The notes beneath the pieces were generated by a model that was not told the DNA's origin, did no database searches, and saw only the letters and a list, made by a program, of their open reading frames with translations. A stretch of 64,000 nucleotides of DNA. Origin: Phoronis australis. Taxonomy: Eukaryota; Animalia; Phoronida. This document shows positions 25,846 to 40,800 of the stretch, piece after piece; positions within the stretch are counted from its first letter, which is position 1, and each line of letters begins with the position of its first letter. Location: the NCBI GenBank assembly GCA_002633005.1, contig NMRA01000671.1, positions 99,916-163,915 on the forward strand, in the 5' to 3' direction. Made by a program: the position numbers and the translations under genes.

Positions 25846-28800
25846 GTAAGGCTTAGATGGTGGTAGCAGTGTGCAGGTGGGGAAAACACAAACTACTGAG
25901 CAATGCGGTATTCCTCTAGTCACGTACCTTATTGTTTTTAAGCTAAATTACAAATTAAAACAAAATGTAAATTTTGGAAGTCCATAGAATGTAGTCGTAT
26001 ACCTCTAAGCTACCGTTATACTACATGATCATTTGTACTTCCACATTGAGGTTATGTTGCCATGGCGACATGTGGGCCTATTTGTGACAGAATTAAACAA
26101 AACACAGGCTCCAAAAACCATAAACCGACCGTGAAATAAAAACTGAACAGACGATGACGCTACTGCACATCAAATAAAAAACATGTATTAATCCATCCAC
26201 AACCAAATTTTCTCCTTAAATGCCAAACATCTGCTTTGGTTTACATGTACGCAATGCAATTTTTGTCTGGATCATGGTGTTGTCCCTAGTTCATTTAAAT
26301 ACAGTAAACATCTGGGGTGTGAAGTTTCTCCAGAAAGCATTTTACAAGCATAACGCATTCTGCAGGTTTCGTGACTTTTATTCTTCAAATCAAAGTAACT
26401 CCTTATTTTTGTCATTTCAAATTGCAGAGATGTGTTTTCTTTAGACCACGGCAAAACATCTTTGCCGCGTCTGTGAAAGAAGTGAATCTTTAGATTCAAG
26501 AGTGGACTGCCATAACCAAACTGTACATCTGTAGCCGCGTCTGGCTACAGGGATAAGTTAAAAGGCGTTTGCATGAATATAGATTATTACATGGCGATGT
26601 CGTTATCCCCCGTTATCTAGAGCCCGAGTGGATTTTAGAGAATTATCGCCCGAGGGGCGTCAGCCCCGAGTGTGATAATTCTCCAAAATCCACGAGGGCT
26701 CTAGATAAGGGGGATAACGGCTGAGAACATGTAATAATCTATTTATACCACCTACTAAACTAGAAACATTACAATGAATCGATTTACCTTTTCTGACTCT
26801 CCACGGCTTTGTAACTACTTTCTATGTCAGAGGCCCGGGGTCGGAGGTCCTTTTAAGAAAAGCCGGGCTTTTTTTTGTCAAATAATGCTTTTACTCAAAA
26901 CCAATTGAAAACTTAAATATAATAGAAATAAAATGAATTGATAAATTAAGGTTTGCCAAGTATAATAGCTTAAAATACGCTTTTTTCACGCTAAGCTTCG
27001 ACCGGGAAATTATCGTCTGCTAAAGTAGGTTACCACTGGTAACTGAATATAGTTCTTAAGTCAAAGATCCTGACGACACGATACCCGCATTCAAACTGGA
27101 GATCGGTGATTTACAAGTAAGAGGACATGAGAGATATCATTTTTATGGAAATTATGTGTCTTATTTTTCGTAGCGTATAAGTACAGTACAATGCGGTTTG
27201 TTGAACATGCGATTATTGCGCGTGCTCATTTAAGTATTTTATTTTCACTCTTGATGACGTCAGTCGCTGCATGGTGTAGTGGTAAAGTCGGCGACCAGCA
27301 ACTCCAGGGTTCAGGGTTCGACTCCGGCCTCGGTTTCCCGCCAAAACATTATCTCACTAGTGAGATAACTTTATGGGTTATTACACGGTTGTATCTGCCA
27401 TTTGACGCTAATATTGTGGTATAACACACTTTATTATTTAGTTGCAAGCGTTGAAAAGGAGTAACCAAAAAAGCGATTATTCATAATGAAGAAAAACACA
27501 CAGTCTGAGTACTCGACAACTCGGCAAACTCGTAATTAACAAGCACTACATGTAGAGCGTTAGAAAGACTAGCGACAATGACTCTATGACAGGCAAATAC
27601 TACATGTACCTCGCTAACAATACACAATTATCTGGAACCCGTGCTATCTATTCTACTACTGGAAACCGTTACCATGCACAAACAACTTCCTAACTGCGAC
27701 CCGTACATACTATTCTATGAAGCGGGTACCGCGCAATATATATGTATGTCAAACGAGCAGCTGAATGAAACTATAAGTTAAACAACTATACACGCTCTGA
27801 CCTCAGCTAGTAGATACACACGAGTACAGCACAGTGGCAGATCTACGATATCACAAGGGGGGGGGGGCATAACTGCGACCCGTACATGTAACTATTCCAT
27901 GAACCGGGTACCGCGCAACATATATGTATGTCAAACGAGCAGCTGAATGAAACTATAAGTTAAACAACTAAACACGCTCTGACCTCAGCTAGTAGATACA
28001 CACGAGTACAACACAATGGCAGATCTAGGATATCACAAGGGGGGCCAACAATTTGTCCAGCTGTAAGCATTTGCGCAAACCATGATTGTAGATGCGTATA
28101 GCACCGAATGGGGTGAGGTAGGGAGGGGGTTTGCCGCCCAGGAAATGTTTCTGTTTTTTCCTCTAAAACTCAAGCTATTCCTTGATTCCTGAAGTATTAT
28201 CCAAGAAAAAAGGTAAAGTAAACAACAACAAAAAAAACACGGAGAACGTGTCAAACAAGAAAAACTGCAAGTACCTCAGACTCGAACTCACGACCTGGCG
28301 GTTAGAGCGCGCGTGCTTTACCACTACCCCACCACGATTTTTAAAACTACTAACCTCATACTAAGAGACCTACATGTACTTGTTTATAGTCCATAGCGTT
28401 TGGGGGCGAAACCTACTTCTTTTCGTAATGCTTAAACGTTTTATATTTTGTGCAATCGGTTCTTAACAAATTTGTTGTCCAAATGTCCAAAAGACCAAAT
28501 CCGTTTTTCGTGTTGGCAATAATGACCTGATTTTCGCTAGAGCAACCCACCAGGTAACCGTTTGAAACCAATTGAACGGTTTTCAGTATTACTGTACATG
28601 GCACAACAGTAAGATGCCAGACCATTTTCGCGGTGAGGTGCCCTTGTCAGACGATTATAAAAAGGGCCAAAATTTAAGCTAAGCTAACCCAAGTGGTAAC
28701 CGCATGAAACGAGATGCAAAATATTTTACTTAAGTTCATGTATCATGAAACCAGACTGTGAAACAAGTCTGGTGGTGGGTAAGTCCCGCCGGAAACGACC

Positions 28801-31800
28801 AAATATTTGAGTTGAGCTAGGTTACCATTTGAAACCATTTGCATAATGTCCAGCAACACTCCACATGCAACAAAAGATACCATACAGACAATTTCAGCGG
28901 TGGGGCAATGGCGTGCAGAGATGCACGGGCGACTTTTTATTGGACGCCCCTCTCTATTCAAATGCATCTATCCTAGTAATAATAAAAATGAAAAAATGAA
29001 TAAAAATCCTAGAATCCCTATTTATTTCAACTTCAAATCAGTCCCGGTATACGTAGTGGTTGACAATCCCTTACATGTATCTCGTGTGGATGCCTGGAGT
29101 TGTCGCCACGATGACTAAGCACCATATGCATTATCAATGAATAATCAATTTGAATTACTGTTGTTGACTTCCGCATTTAACCTGAACAATTTGTTAGGGA
29201 GAATAGTACCCTCAAACCAAACTGTCAGTAGAGTGTGAGTTTCAGTTGTATGCAAAGGTGCACGGGTGACTTCTTACTGGACGCCCCTCTCAAGCTAATC
29301 AAATGCATTTATCTTAGTAATAGAAAAAATAAAAAGGTGAAACAAAACCTAGAATCTTTATTTAATTCAACTACAAATTAGTTCCGGTTTGCAAAATGAT
29401 TATGCGTAGTGGTTGGAAACCCCATACCCCATGTGGATGCCCAGGGCCGTCGCCACGATGACTGAGCACTATATACAATATCTAAGCATAATCAGTTTGA
29501 ACGTGTTTTATTTGCACTATGAAGACAAAGTAAACAGTTCTATTGCTGTGTGAAATGACGGTAGTTGGTGCGCAGACATAACGCAGGCGACAGCAAAAGA
29601 TACATTTCTATTATTCCTCGTTTTAGCAGTTGCATCAAACAAAGAAGTAGATTTATGTAAAATTCGTCCGAAAACAGAGGGAACTGGTTTAGACTGGTAA
29701 AATAGGACTACGATCAATCGAGATTCGTGCTAACACAATGTGCCAACCGTCAAGGACAAGTTTTTAAGCTTAGTTTTGTGGAGTATTCTGCTGTCGTTGC
29801 ATAAACTTGTGAAGTCGCTACAACCTCAGGCACGATGTTTTTGGGTTTCATGCCCCGACTAAAATATGCAGACAAAATCCTCTCACATAGCGACCTACAT
29901 GTATGTCATACGGAGTCCCCGGCTTTATTAAATGTCGAAGTGCCTGGTTCCTCAATTTGGTGCTTTTTCAGCGTGAATGGGCATATAATGAATTTTGTTT
30001 CGACTCTCTATAATTTGTCTGACGGGTGCACCCCATCGCTGAAATTGTCTGGTATCTTACTGTTGTGCCATGTGCAGTGATGGAGAACATTGTGCAGTTG
30101 TTTTCAAACGGTTACATGGTGGGTTGATCCAACTTAACTTAGATATATGGGAGTGTCTTGCGGGGCTAACTCACTACTAGATTTGTCTGGACCTGTTTAT
30201 TCTTGATAACTCGGATGATAGTGAATATTTTTTCTGCGGTTACCTCTTGGGTTCATTTAGTTAAACTCGGGTGTTTGGGCGTATCTGGCGGGGCTAACCC
30301 ACTAATAGGTGTGTTTGGCAGTGTTTATTAGTGATACCTGGGCTTTCGGTGATTATTTTCAACTGGTTTTATGCAGTTACATCTCGGGTTGATACAGCTC
30401 AATTTTTAACCCCTTTTGATAATCGTATGACACGGGCACCCCACCACTGAAACTGTCTGGCATCTAACCGTTGTGCCATGTACAGCGATGGTGAACATTG
30501 TGCACAATTCGGATATTTGTCGGGGCTAAACCATAACTAAATTTGTCTGGCAGTGTTACTGTGGGATACGTGGACACAAGGAGATTTTTTTCAAATAGTT
30601 TGGCATGCGGTTACCCCTTCGATTGATGTAGCTCAATTTTATTACCCTATTTATAACCGTCTGGCTGATACTCCCCACCACTGAAATTGTCTTGCAGTGA
30701 CCAATTTTGATACAGTGAATTACGTAGTAGGTATCTAAGGCAAATTAAAGTGATTACCTGAAAAGTTGATCTAGCTCAATTTTTGAGTGTCATTGTCTTG
30801 GCTCCCCTGACCATACCCACCAAAGCGAGCCTGCCAGACGACCATTTCCACGCATGAGTATATCCATAGAGCACTGTGCCACCAACGAAAATCGGTTACC
30901 TTTTAATCCCCAGATTGCGGGACGCCGTGTGTCATGTTGATAAGGCAGCAACCCTTTAGGTTCCCGTTCGTTATTGAATGTAAATACCTTTTGATTTCAA
31001 GGCAATATCCCCCCTGTGAAAAGTGGAATAGTGAACCGAACGATGTGCATTACGGGGTCGTTTTTCAACTGCAACGAATGTTTAGACGACGAACACCTGT
31101 GTTGTTCTCAGCTTTATCAAATCCAAGTCAGGAACTGCAGCTCGGTTGAAGAATTCGTAGTCTACCACTTACCAAGAATAACTTCATGCCCCATTGGGTA
31201 CTGTGCAGGTAAATACCAACGATTGTTTATGTACCTTGAATGTTTAAACACAGCTTAGGGATGGGAGAGGAATTGTAACTACATGTACATGCAGGGAACC
31301 CAGAACACTAATCATGGATCAGCTTCTTATCCACGGTACTAGAGATTTCCATATTCTCAACAAAACGCTTTCTATGCACCGCCTGAATTTTAGTACCGCT
31401 CACAAGATCCTTTACCAATCACACTTTTGGGGTAAGGGTTGAAGTGGTGAGGGTTCCGTTTTAAGGGTTCGGTTACACCCTTGGAAGAACAAAATTTCAG
31501 AAATAATGAATAACAATCTTATATTCATTAAATATCCATGTCGTACATGGGACAATTGCGATTGTTTTCAAACTTGATTCCCTTGTGTAGAGACTGGTAT
31601 CGTATTACTTTCGACTCTTTATTTTCGTTTCCAAATTTTCACATCCATCGTTTTCGTGGAATTTGTGCAATACCGGCGACCCTCCATCAAAAATACATGG
31701 GAACGGGAAAAAACTACTCAATTTGACAATAGCCTGTTTCAAAGAGTGTATGATATTATATATATATACATGTATAAGTATATGTATATGTATATACAGT

Positions 31801-34800
31801 GTATATATAGACTTTATTCTTGAACTACATTACATTAAAATGCATATTTTTGTACTTCAGTAAAATTCGTTCTCACAAGGTCCTGGAAAGTATGAATATA
31901 AAAAAATCAGAACAAGTCCTCATCTGTACAAATGATTAGTTGGTGAATCTAAACTATGTTTTATGTATTGACTAATAGGATAATTTTTAGGCAATCGCAA
32001 GCCATGCCCAGCCGGTCAGACGTCATTTACAGGGTTTCCACCTGGATGTAACGGTGAGTCCAACACATAACGTGGTAATATTGAAAAGGACTGTGCGTTA
32101 CGCCGGTGTATTATTAGGGGACCGACCGATGACAACTACGTGTAAAAAAATCTTTCAAAACAAAATTGAGTAAGTAAACATAACAAGTTTCATCAAATTG
32201 TAACGTCAGAAAAACGACTTTATGCTAAAAATTCCTATAAACTGTATAGCACTGGCTGGTAGCCAGCATTGAGAGGGGGTCGTTCGAATTTCTAGAAGAG
32301 TGAACATTGATATTTTGCAAACATCGGTGGTGTAGCGTTTTTCGGTAGGGCAACACGACGATGACTCTCAGCACTTTGTTTCTGAGTTAAGAAGGAACTT
32401 GTAATAAATGAAATGAGGATGGTGTGGCGGTTTCTCGCAAGGAACGGGACAAAAATTCGGATGTAATGGGTTCCAGCAAGAGAATGTTTTCTCCTTACCT
32501 CGTGCCAACTGAAAATTTCAAATCAGGCAAGCTTAAACGATTGATTACACCTCAATACATACTCGGACGGAAAGATGGGAGTTCACTACTTCGATGACTC
32601 TCTACTCCGAAGGTTCATTGCTAAAAAATATCTAAGATTTTAGATTCGGGTGTAATTTTACATGCAAAAATAAACGATACTGCGGTTTTAGATGCACCTA
32701 TATCGAAAACGCACGGGTACTAAAATACTAACCCTTCGAAATCTCCCTGGCTAAGAGCTGTGACACACACGCACATAAACACAGGCACAGACACATACGG
32801 CGGGACGCACACACACAGCGTGAGACTCACACACGCACACACGCACACACACGCACGCACACACACACACGCACGCACAAACACACACTCACACGCACAC
32901 ACACACACACACAAACGCATACCGTGATGTACATTAACTGTATTTGATGTACATGTGCAATATCGTGTTCAGGACAAAATTGCCTTTTCGTCTGATGTAG
33001 ATAAAGTCTCCATGTATAATGGAACCGTAAAAGTATCTTCACACGTGGGGAGCAGGCCGAATGTATCGAGCTATCCTGTCACCAGTGACAAACTAGAGAA
33101 CCTTATCCGAAAGAATCTGACAAAGAATGGGAAAAAGGAAATTCAGTTTCACTGCAACATTCCCCACGATAACTCTGATGGTTTTGCTGATCTTTTTTTC
33201 AACGTCCGTTGGCTCATCAATGACCAAGAAGTCACTTTCGAAGAGCTTGGTTATGGTGTCCACGTTTCAGTACTCCACGAGTACCACTGGGTCAACAGAA
33301 CGGGCCCGATTATAGCTCTACCGTTTAATGTAAGTCTACTTTGTACATTGTACATGATTTTCTTCCCTTTGAGAACACTTCTTTGTCTTTTTGTCCTCAC
33401 TACGCATCTCTGCTTTGCTTTTCTTCTTCACCTTCCCCTTAGTCTCAGTGTTATTGTTATTGCTGTAGCTATTACTATGGTATTTTTGTTAGTACATATG
33501 AATTTTGCCTTTTTTAACAAAAGCATATATTGAATTAGTGCAAAGCTTCTAAAGATACATAATACAAAAAATAAATTTCAAGGTTTTTGCGTTCCCTTGC
33601 AAAATTTTTGCGCTTCCTTGCAAAACTTTTGCCTTCCCCTTGCAAAAGTTTTGCATTTTCTCGCATTTTTATGAGCCCATATGTTTATATGTGGACTCAT
33701 TATGCCGTTATTTCCGCCCGTCCGTCATTCCGTCGTCCTTTTGGCGTCTGTCCGGCGTCCGTCCGTCCGGCATGTATGTCCTTATTACTTTGAAAAGGAC
33801 GACTGACGATGGTTTTCCGACGATTTCGTCTACTGTGGCGCCTCCCAAGGATGTATCTCGTAAAATGTTTGCAGGATCTTTATTAAATTTAGCAAATGTA
33901 TTTATATGATGTTGACAATGGATGACGACGTCTTTCGGATGCATCTGACAACCGGTGTGCCCCTAGTGGCAATTGCAATTTTTACGTTTACGTCTGTATC
34001 TTCAAAGGTAGTCAACGTATTTGTATACAATTTGGCGTATAGGCATCTATTACTCAGATGACGCTATCGTCCCATTTTCAGATGGACTTGACGTAGTTTG
34101 CGCCACTTAGTGGCCATTTTTACTTGTTTTTATGCGCCCACATATTTATATGTGGATGCATTATGCCGTCATCTCCGTCCGTCCGTCCGTCCGTCCGTCC
34201 GGGCGGCTTCCAGCGTCCGGCGTCCGCTGCTTTATCTCCAAAACCCTTTGACATACGTTCATGAAATTTGGCACATATGCTCCATTCATGAATGGGACGG
34301 CATGTGCGACCTTTCGGACGGATCCGACCACCGGTGTACCCCCTATTGGCAATTTTAGTGTTTTACGCTTACCTTTGTATCTTCAAAAGTCCTAAACGGA
34401 TTTGCATGAAATTTGGTGTGTAGGCACCTACTAGAGAGGTGACGCTATCCTGCCGTTTTCAGATGGATTCGACATAGTTTCCGCCAACCTGGTGGCCATT
34501 TTTAGTGTTTTCGAGTCTGTTTTTGTGTGACCACCCCTCTATCAACCAAACCGCTCAAAGGATGATTGTGAAAATTGACATGTACATATGCTTACTATGT
34601 AGAGGACGGTTGGCGATGATTTTTCGACGATTTTGACCACTGTGGCGCCTCCTAATGGCAGTTTTGTTTTTTGCGCCTATGGCTGTATCTCCTAAACCGT
34701 TCGCAGGATCTTTACGAAATTGTGTAAGTACATGTATATTTATATTACATATGTTAGCAACAGACGATAACGACTTTTGGACGGATCCGCCTACCAGTGT

Positions 34801-37800
34801 GCCCCCTAGTGGCAATTTTATTTTTTTACGTTCACCTCTGTATCCGAGTCTTCACAAGTCCTCAACGGATTTTCATGAAATTTGATATGTAGGCACCTAT
34901 TAGTGCGATGACGCTATCCTCCCGTTTTCGGATGGATTCGACCTAGTTTGCGACACCCAGTGGCCATTTTTACTGTTTTTGAGTCTGTTTTTGGCGTCCA
35001 CCCCTCTATCAGCCAAACCGCTATAAGTATGATTGTGAAAATTGGCATGTATGTTCTTACTATGAAGAGGACGGTTGACACTGAATTTCCCATGACTTTG
35101 ATTACTGTGGCGCCTCCTAGTGGCAGTTTTTTTGCGCCCATGGCTGTATCTCCCAAACCGTTTGGAGGATCTTTACTAAATTAAGCAAGTGTATTTATGT
35201 GATGTTGACAACGGTCGATGACGACTTTAGGATGATTCTGACTATTGGTATGCCTCTAGGGGCAATTTTAGTATTTTACATTGACCTCTGTATTTTCATA
35301 GGTCTTCAGGTGAATACTTTGTGTTACTTCGTGACTATGAAGGAAAAGTTCCAAGCAGAAATTTGTTTCTGGCATTCTAATGCTGTGCTAATCTCGTATG
35401 TTGGTAAATTTGTCTTTAATTCTATGTTTCTGTGGTGCTTTAAGCAACTGATGTATAGGATGTGCTTGTATTATGAAGATCACTCACATTTTGCACCTAG
35501 CCTATTGAGGAGACAATGACCATGCCTTTCCATTTTGCAAAGTACAACATACTACACATATGCCCTCTACTGGCCACTTGATGGTACCAATAAATTCTCC
35601 TAGAAGGATACCTTATACGGTGCAATTATGGGCGCATTTCAACGCTCTGCGTTGCTCTTGTTATTATTGTGTTCACTGCAGATGTGAAGGAACATTATGT
35701 TTTACGGCCGAAAGCTCCCATTTTTGGAATTATTTTTAAATGGTATTCAACATTATTAGGTCTGACTTTAGCTAAAGAAAAACACAATAGCATGTGTTTT
35801 TGTGAGTTGTTCACATAATCATCAATTCTTGCTGTTGTCTGCTAGACATTTACCGAAATGAAGACTTGTGACTTAATGAGATAAATGCGTTTAACAATTC
35901 TAATATAGCACTTGGCTACGACAAGGAAGTTTTGGGCTCCCATTCGGCGTTGGGCCTGATTTTGCAAATTATTTTTTCTCTCTGATAATGCCACTTTAAA
36001 GTTTTCCGCACTCCATTAACCTCTACAGGCTTCACCAACCCATCCGTAGGAATTCAAAAGTTTTGCTGTCACTGGACCTATCCTTTTGTACTTGTAGGTG
36101 CACTGCGAGGTTATGGCACATTTCAATAAGACTGGGCGTCCAACCGAATGGATCAAAAGTTCGCCTTTTTGGGCAGGGTTAGAGGTGAGTGTGTCAAATA
36201 GGCAATGAATTTCCTTGTCAATACAGTTTGGTCACCCGTATCGTAGGTACCGTCGTGAAATGTCACAAGCGCAAAGCAAATAACATGGGAGTACCTAGAT
36301 TTGGTGTTAACCTGTAAAAATATACGGCTTTGCACCGATGTACGTAAAAACGAGTTCAAATAAAATGTCTTTTTGGGTCAACTGAATCATCATACGGTGC
36401 TAGAGAAATTGTCGTTCTTTTCTTATTCTACTCTTAAATTCGTGGTGCAATCTTATGCGTCGGCTTTAGTGCCACGAAATCGTGTGCCTATTGGGCATTA
36501 ATTTCGCCGATTCTTCAACCAACTTTTCTTCTTCCACGAGTTTATTTACGTGTCACAACAAAACATTGAAAAGGATTTCGCTTCGTTTAACGTCTGTTTC
36601 ATGAACTTTTTCTGTCTGTCTCAACACGGAATAAAATTGGGTGTCTTAGCCCCGTTTCATGAAATGAAAGCCAAAGTTAAGGCCTGATAGTAGGAACTAA
36701 ACTTTTCATTAATGATTTCAGAACAAACACTCAGAAAATAAAAGTCACTTCTTTTCTTAATCAAATGATTTTAAGACCTAATTGTGTGTTGTTGAATAAC
36801 TCCTTGCATGTACATGTAATATATTAGTTCTAAGATGAGCTGAGCAGATACATGTATCGGGCTATTCCCGGCGACAAGCGGCGGCCACAAGTCGGTGTGC
36901 ATAAAGAATGACCAATGCAATTGTCTGGTTTGTTTACTAATTTGGATGTGAAATCGCTGATTGCCTATAACCGTACCTCCAAAGTCAGGATTGAACAATA
37001 ACACGACAAAATGAAAATTTATGTATTGCAATTAGGCTTGATTTGATAACTACAATACTTATAACTCAGTTGAGCAAACAACTGGAAATGTAATCTTCGG
37101 CGGTAAGTCCCAGGTTAGCAAACTAACAATAGGATACATTGGCAACGCGCGGAACCGCTGTATTTTTAACCTCACATAGCACGCTCCTGACACGAGAAAA
37201 TGCCTCGGTATAGATGGTACACTGTATAGCAAAAATGTATAATTAGTTAATCTCATAAAAAAAACATTGGATTTTTTTCTGCAGTAAGTTACTTCGCTGT
37301 GGAGAATAGGTATCATTAGCCGAAAGACTAATATAAAGAATCTCTGCTATCCTCTGAACTACAGACAAAATAGTCATCTTCCCAGTATTAGGTTTATTTA
37401 GTGCTAAGTATATTGCTCAATGAAATGCTTTCGAAATATGTGGACAAGTAATATGCATTGGCAGCAGAACAATATGGTTTAGAAAAGGTAGATCTTGCGT
37501 TGATCACCGGTTTCGTTTACCATGAATAGTTTCAGTAGGTCAAATATAAAAAAATCAGTATTCTCTGATTTCGTGAACGTGCAGAAGGCATTTGACAGTT
37601 TGGACAGAAACGATCTGTTTTAGAGATGATTCAGATGTGTAATGTAGATTGAATTATATCGTATTGTAAAAGGTTTATATATATGCACACACGTCAAACA
37701 AGGGGATCCATTGTCACCTACTCTTTTCTCCGTGGTTATAAATGATCTCCTGAAAGCATTGAACGCAGGTAGCAAAGGTATTGATGTCGTTACACATAAT

Positions 37801-40800
37801 TTGCCATGTCTGATAGACGCTGATGATATGGTTCTCCTCTGAATGCCGTATACGTGAAACTCAATTTCAACAAAACGAATAGCATGCACTTTTGGAGGAA
37901 ATGTATACCCAGAGGTACAAGTAGAGTTACTAAAAGTTCGGGAATTCTATAACTGAGCATATCAACTGTTATAAAAATTCAGCTCGAATGAAGACGCAAA
38001 CTGTAACGTATGCAAGTTGAGTTTTTACACTTTTCAGCAGATACCTGGGAAATATAAAGCAACTCGTGTGAATCGACCGTCATTTGATGGTTGTCAAATT
38101 AAGTTCAAAAGATCAACAGCCGAGAAGATCCTTCACGATGCCTTACATGTAAAAGCATGTTGTGTAAATAGGGCACGGGATAAAGCACTGTAGTAAGTGG
38201 GGGCCAATGGCCCCCAGTCCGTACTGTGTGCGCCGCCCATGCCCATTCCCTTGGACATTGCAGCACTGGAATAATCGATCGTGACTTAGAAATATGCGTT
38301 ATGTTTTTGTGGTATAAGACAGCAAACGTGAAAATTGACAACGCTATGAATTGCCAAAGGACGACCACCTCTTTACTTTCTGCAAAGTAGTTTTTGAGTC
38401 ACCTACATGTAGTTATCGAACCTTAACTTGTTTCTGGGGTTACTCGTGCTACACATGATTCGCCTGGCACGTGTATTGAATACGTGATTTAAGTGGGTGA
38501 ACTAAGCCGTGCACACCACTACACACCTGCACATCAAAACAGGACAATGACACTCCTAAATTAAATAGTATATCGGCTTGAATCTGTTAAGCACCCGGGG
38601 GCGGCACACCATATGGGGCTGAAGGGGTTCAGCCTCCCCCCACTCACATGTAGTGCTGCACCTCCCATGCCATGGGCGGCACACCATAAGGGGATGGGCT
38701 ATAGCCCCGCTTAGTTCAGTGCTGCGCTGCCTATCCACATGGGCAGCGCACGATAAGGCCCCGAGGGACTAAAGTCCTCTTATAGTCGGTGGGCCAGAAT
38801 TTGTAGGGCCTCTAGAAAATAGTTTTTGTGAGTACTTTAGGGGGGCAATTTTATTTTGGTGTTTTCTAATTCATTTATTAGATTGTTTTCAAAATCTAAA
38901 TAGTTGCCACATATAAAGTTCCACATTTTTGAGAAATTTGAGTTTGAAGTTACCTAATAATCACCAAAGAGCTTAGTAAACTTATATTTGTAAAAACAAC
39001 AGTTTTGGTGACTTTTTGTAAAACAAGTAGTATGGTCCCATCAGTGCCATTGTATTGAACAATATTACACTCGCATTACATGTTTTACTATTGTAGATTA
39101 ATTGTAAACAGTGAAATTTAAAAAATGTAAAGAGACACCTAGTGGCAAAAATGCAAACTAAGTCTGGATGTTACTAGGAAGTTATTCTGGCATTGTCTGG
39201 CAACAAAAATAACACAAAACACTTGAGACTGGTCAAAATTTGTGCCTCAATGACAAAAACATTGACTAATGGTGTAAAATACAGCTTGTTTGCAAAATAC
39301 ACCAGAAATACGTTATAGTACAAAAATAATATAGTGGAATGTTCTCTGTGAATGTGCACACAGACTGTATGAAAATAATAGATTATTCTGACAGTGTTTA
39401 TCAAGCAGTATGAGACAAATACATGACAATGATCAAAGTATGTACTTTCTATGACTTAATCAACAAATAAAATTAACTTTTTAATAGAAAAAATGACATA
39501 GCGAGGTTGGAGGTCTATTTAGGTTGACTTGTCAAAGAGCTATCCAATGTTATGCAGTCAGTGTTGCTGATGTTACTACAGTTGTCACAGCTGCACATTT
39601 CTGTACAGTTTGACCCAGCACTGCAGCACAAACTCAGTTTCCCAGCACACATGTTCTTTTTGCACTTGCAGCGTTCATCGTTTAGTACTGTCAATGGAGA
39701 TGCAGGCATTGTCATAATTTTAACTGCAAAGAGTCACCGCCAAGGAGCCAACTATGGTCTATTAGAGAGGGTACAGCACTGCACACTGGTGATTGGCCGC
39801 AGGCAATGAAGGGTCAAACACTAAGTCCTTGTTTTGAGGCTGGCAGGATTTGGGCAAACGTTTGATTCAAAATATGTTTTAATGGGCTGTGTTAATTAGA
39901 GTCAGCAAGTACACTAGCCTCAATTCAATTTCGTATCTCTTAGTCGGGCACAATTTGAACTACAACAGTGAGTAGCTTCAACAATATTTCTTAAGATTGC
40001 CTGTCCAAATAACTTTATGCACACCAGCTTTCTGAAGAACAGCTTCAAAGTCTTGCTTTAGTTTTGAAAGGCAAATGACATCTCCATTTGCTAGAAGCTT
40101 TGATTCAAACAAAACTGTAGAAAAACATCTCTGAAAACTGTAGATTCGTCACTCTTCACAATCTTTGTCTTTCTATTTTTTATAGCATGATGATATGTGG
40201 TACTTGGCTTCTAAGACACAAGGTCTTTATCTTTGAATTTCATTTGCATATTCAGGGCTCTGGACTGAGCTGTTGCTTGCAATACAAGTCCAACTGAAAA
40301 AAACCCGAACTGTTAACACTAATTCAACATTCAACTATGAGTGAGTTGGCATGCAACTTTTCAGACGGACTTATCAGGAACTGATCCACCACCAGCCTAA
40401 CAAATTTACATGCCGTCTGATCTGTCGCCTTAAAATGTTGATCATCTAATAATTAGATTAGTTGATGCAATTGAAAATAAATCAGCTGATATACCAGTGC
40501 AGTGATTGAAATTTAAATTTTTTAAATCAGATGCCCAAACCATAGTCAATCGATTTACACTTAAAGTAATCGACGTTTGACGAAATGGACAGTGGCTTCC
40601 CACGTCCCCAAATTACGACGACGACGATGGTCACTTAGGCACTTTAATTTAATTATCATTGCAGCTACCTAAGTAATTATTGTTCACAAAAAATTGAGAA
40701 GAGGTCCCCCCTATCCCAGGACTACGGCAGGGGATGACGGCCACTTGGGCATGCTGTTTGCAACCATCTACTCCATTTAACCTTCTCAAAACTTTTTGAC

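Noticed and set aside
27262-27335. Possible tRNA gene
   Set aside because: A and B boxes are present but the acceptor and anticodon stems do not pair; treated as a tRNA-derived repeat.
33330-33533. Hydrophobic tail of ORF 32955-33533 resembling transmembrane helices
   Set aside because: It lies after a strong GTAAGT donor in pyrimidine-rich intron sequence, so it is read-through rather than coding.
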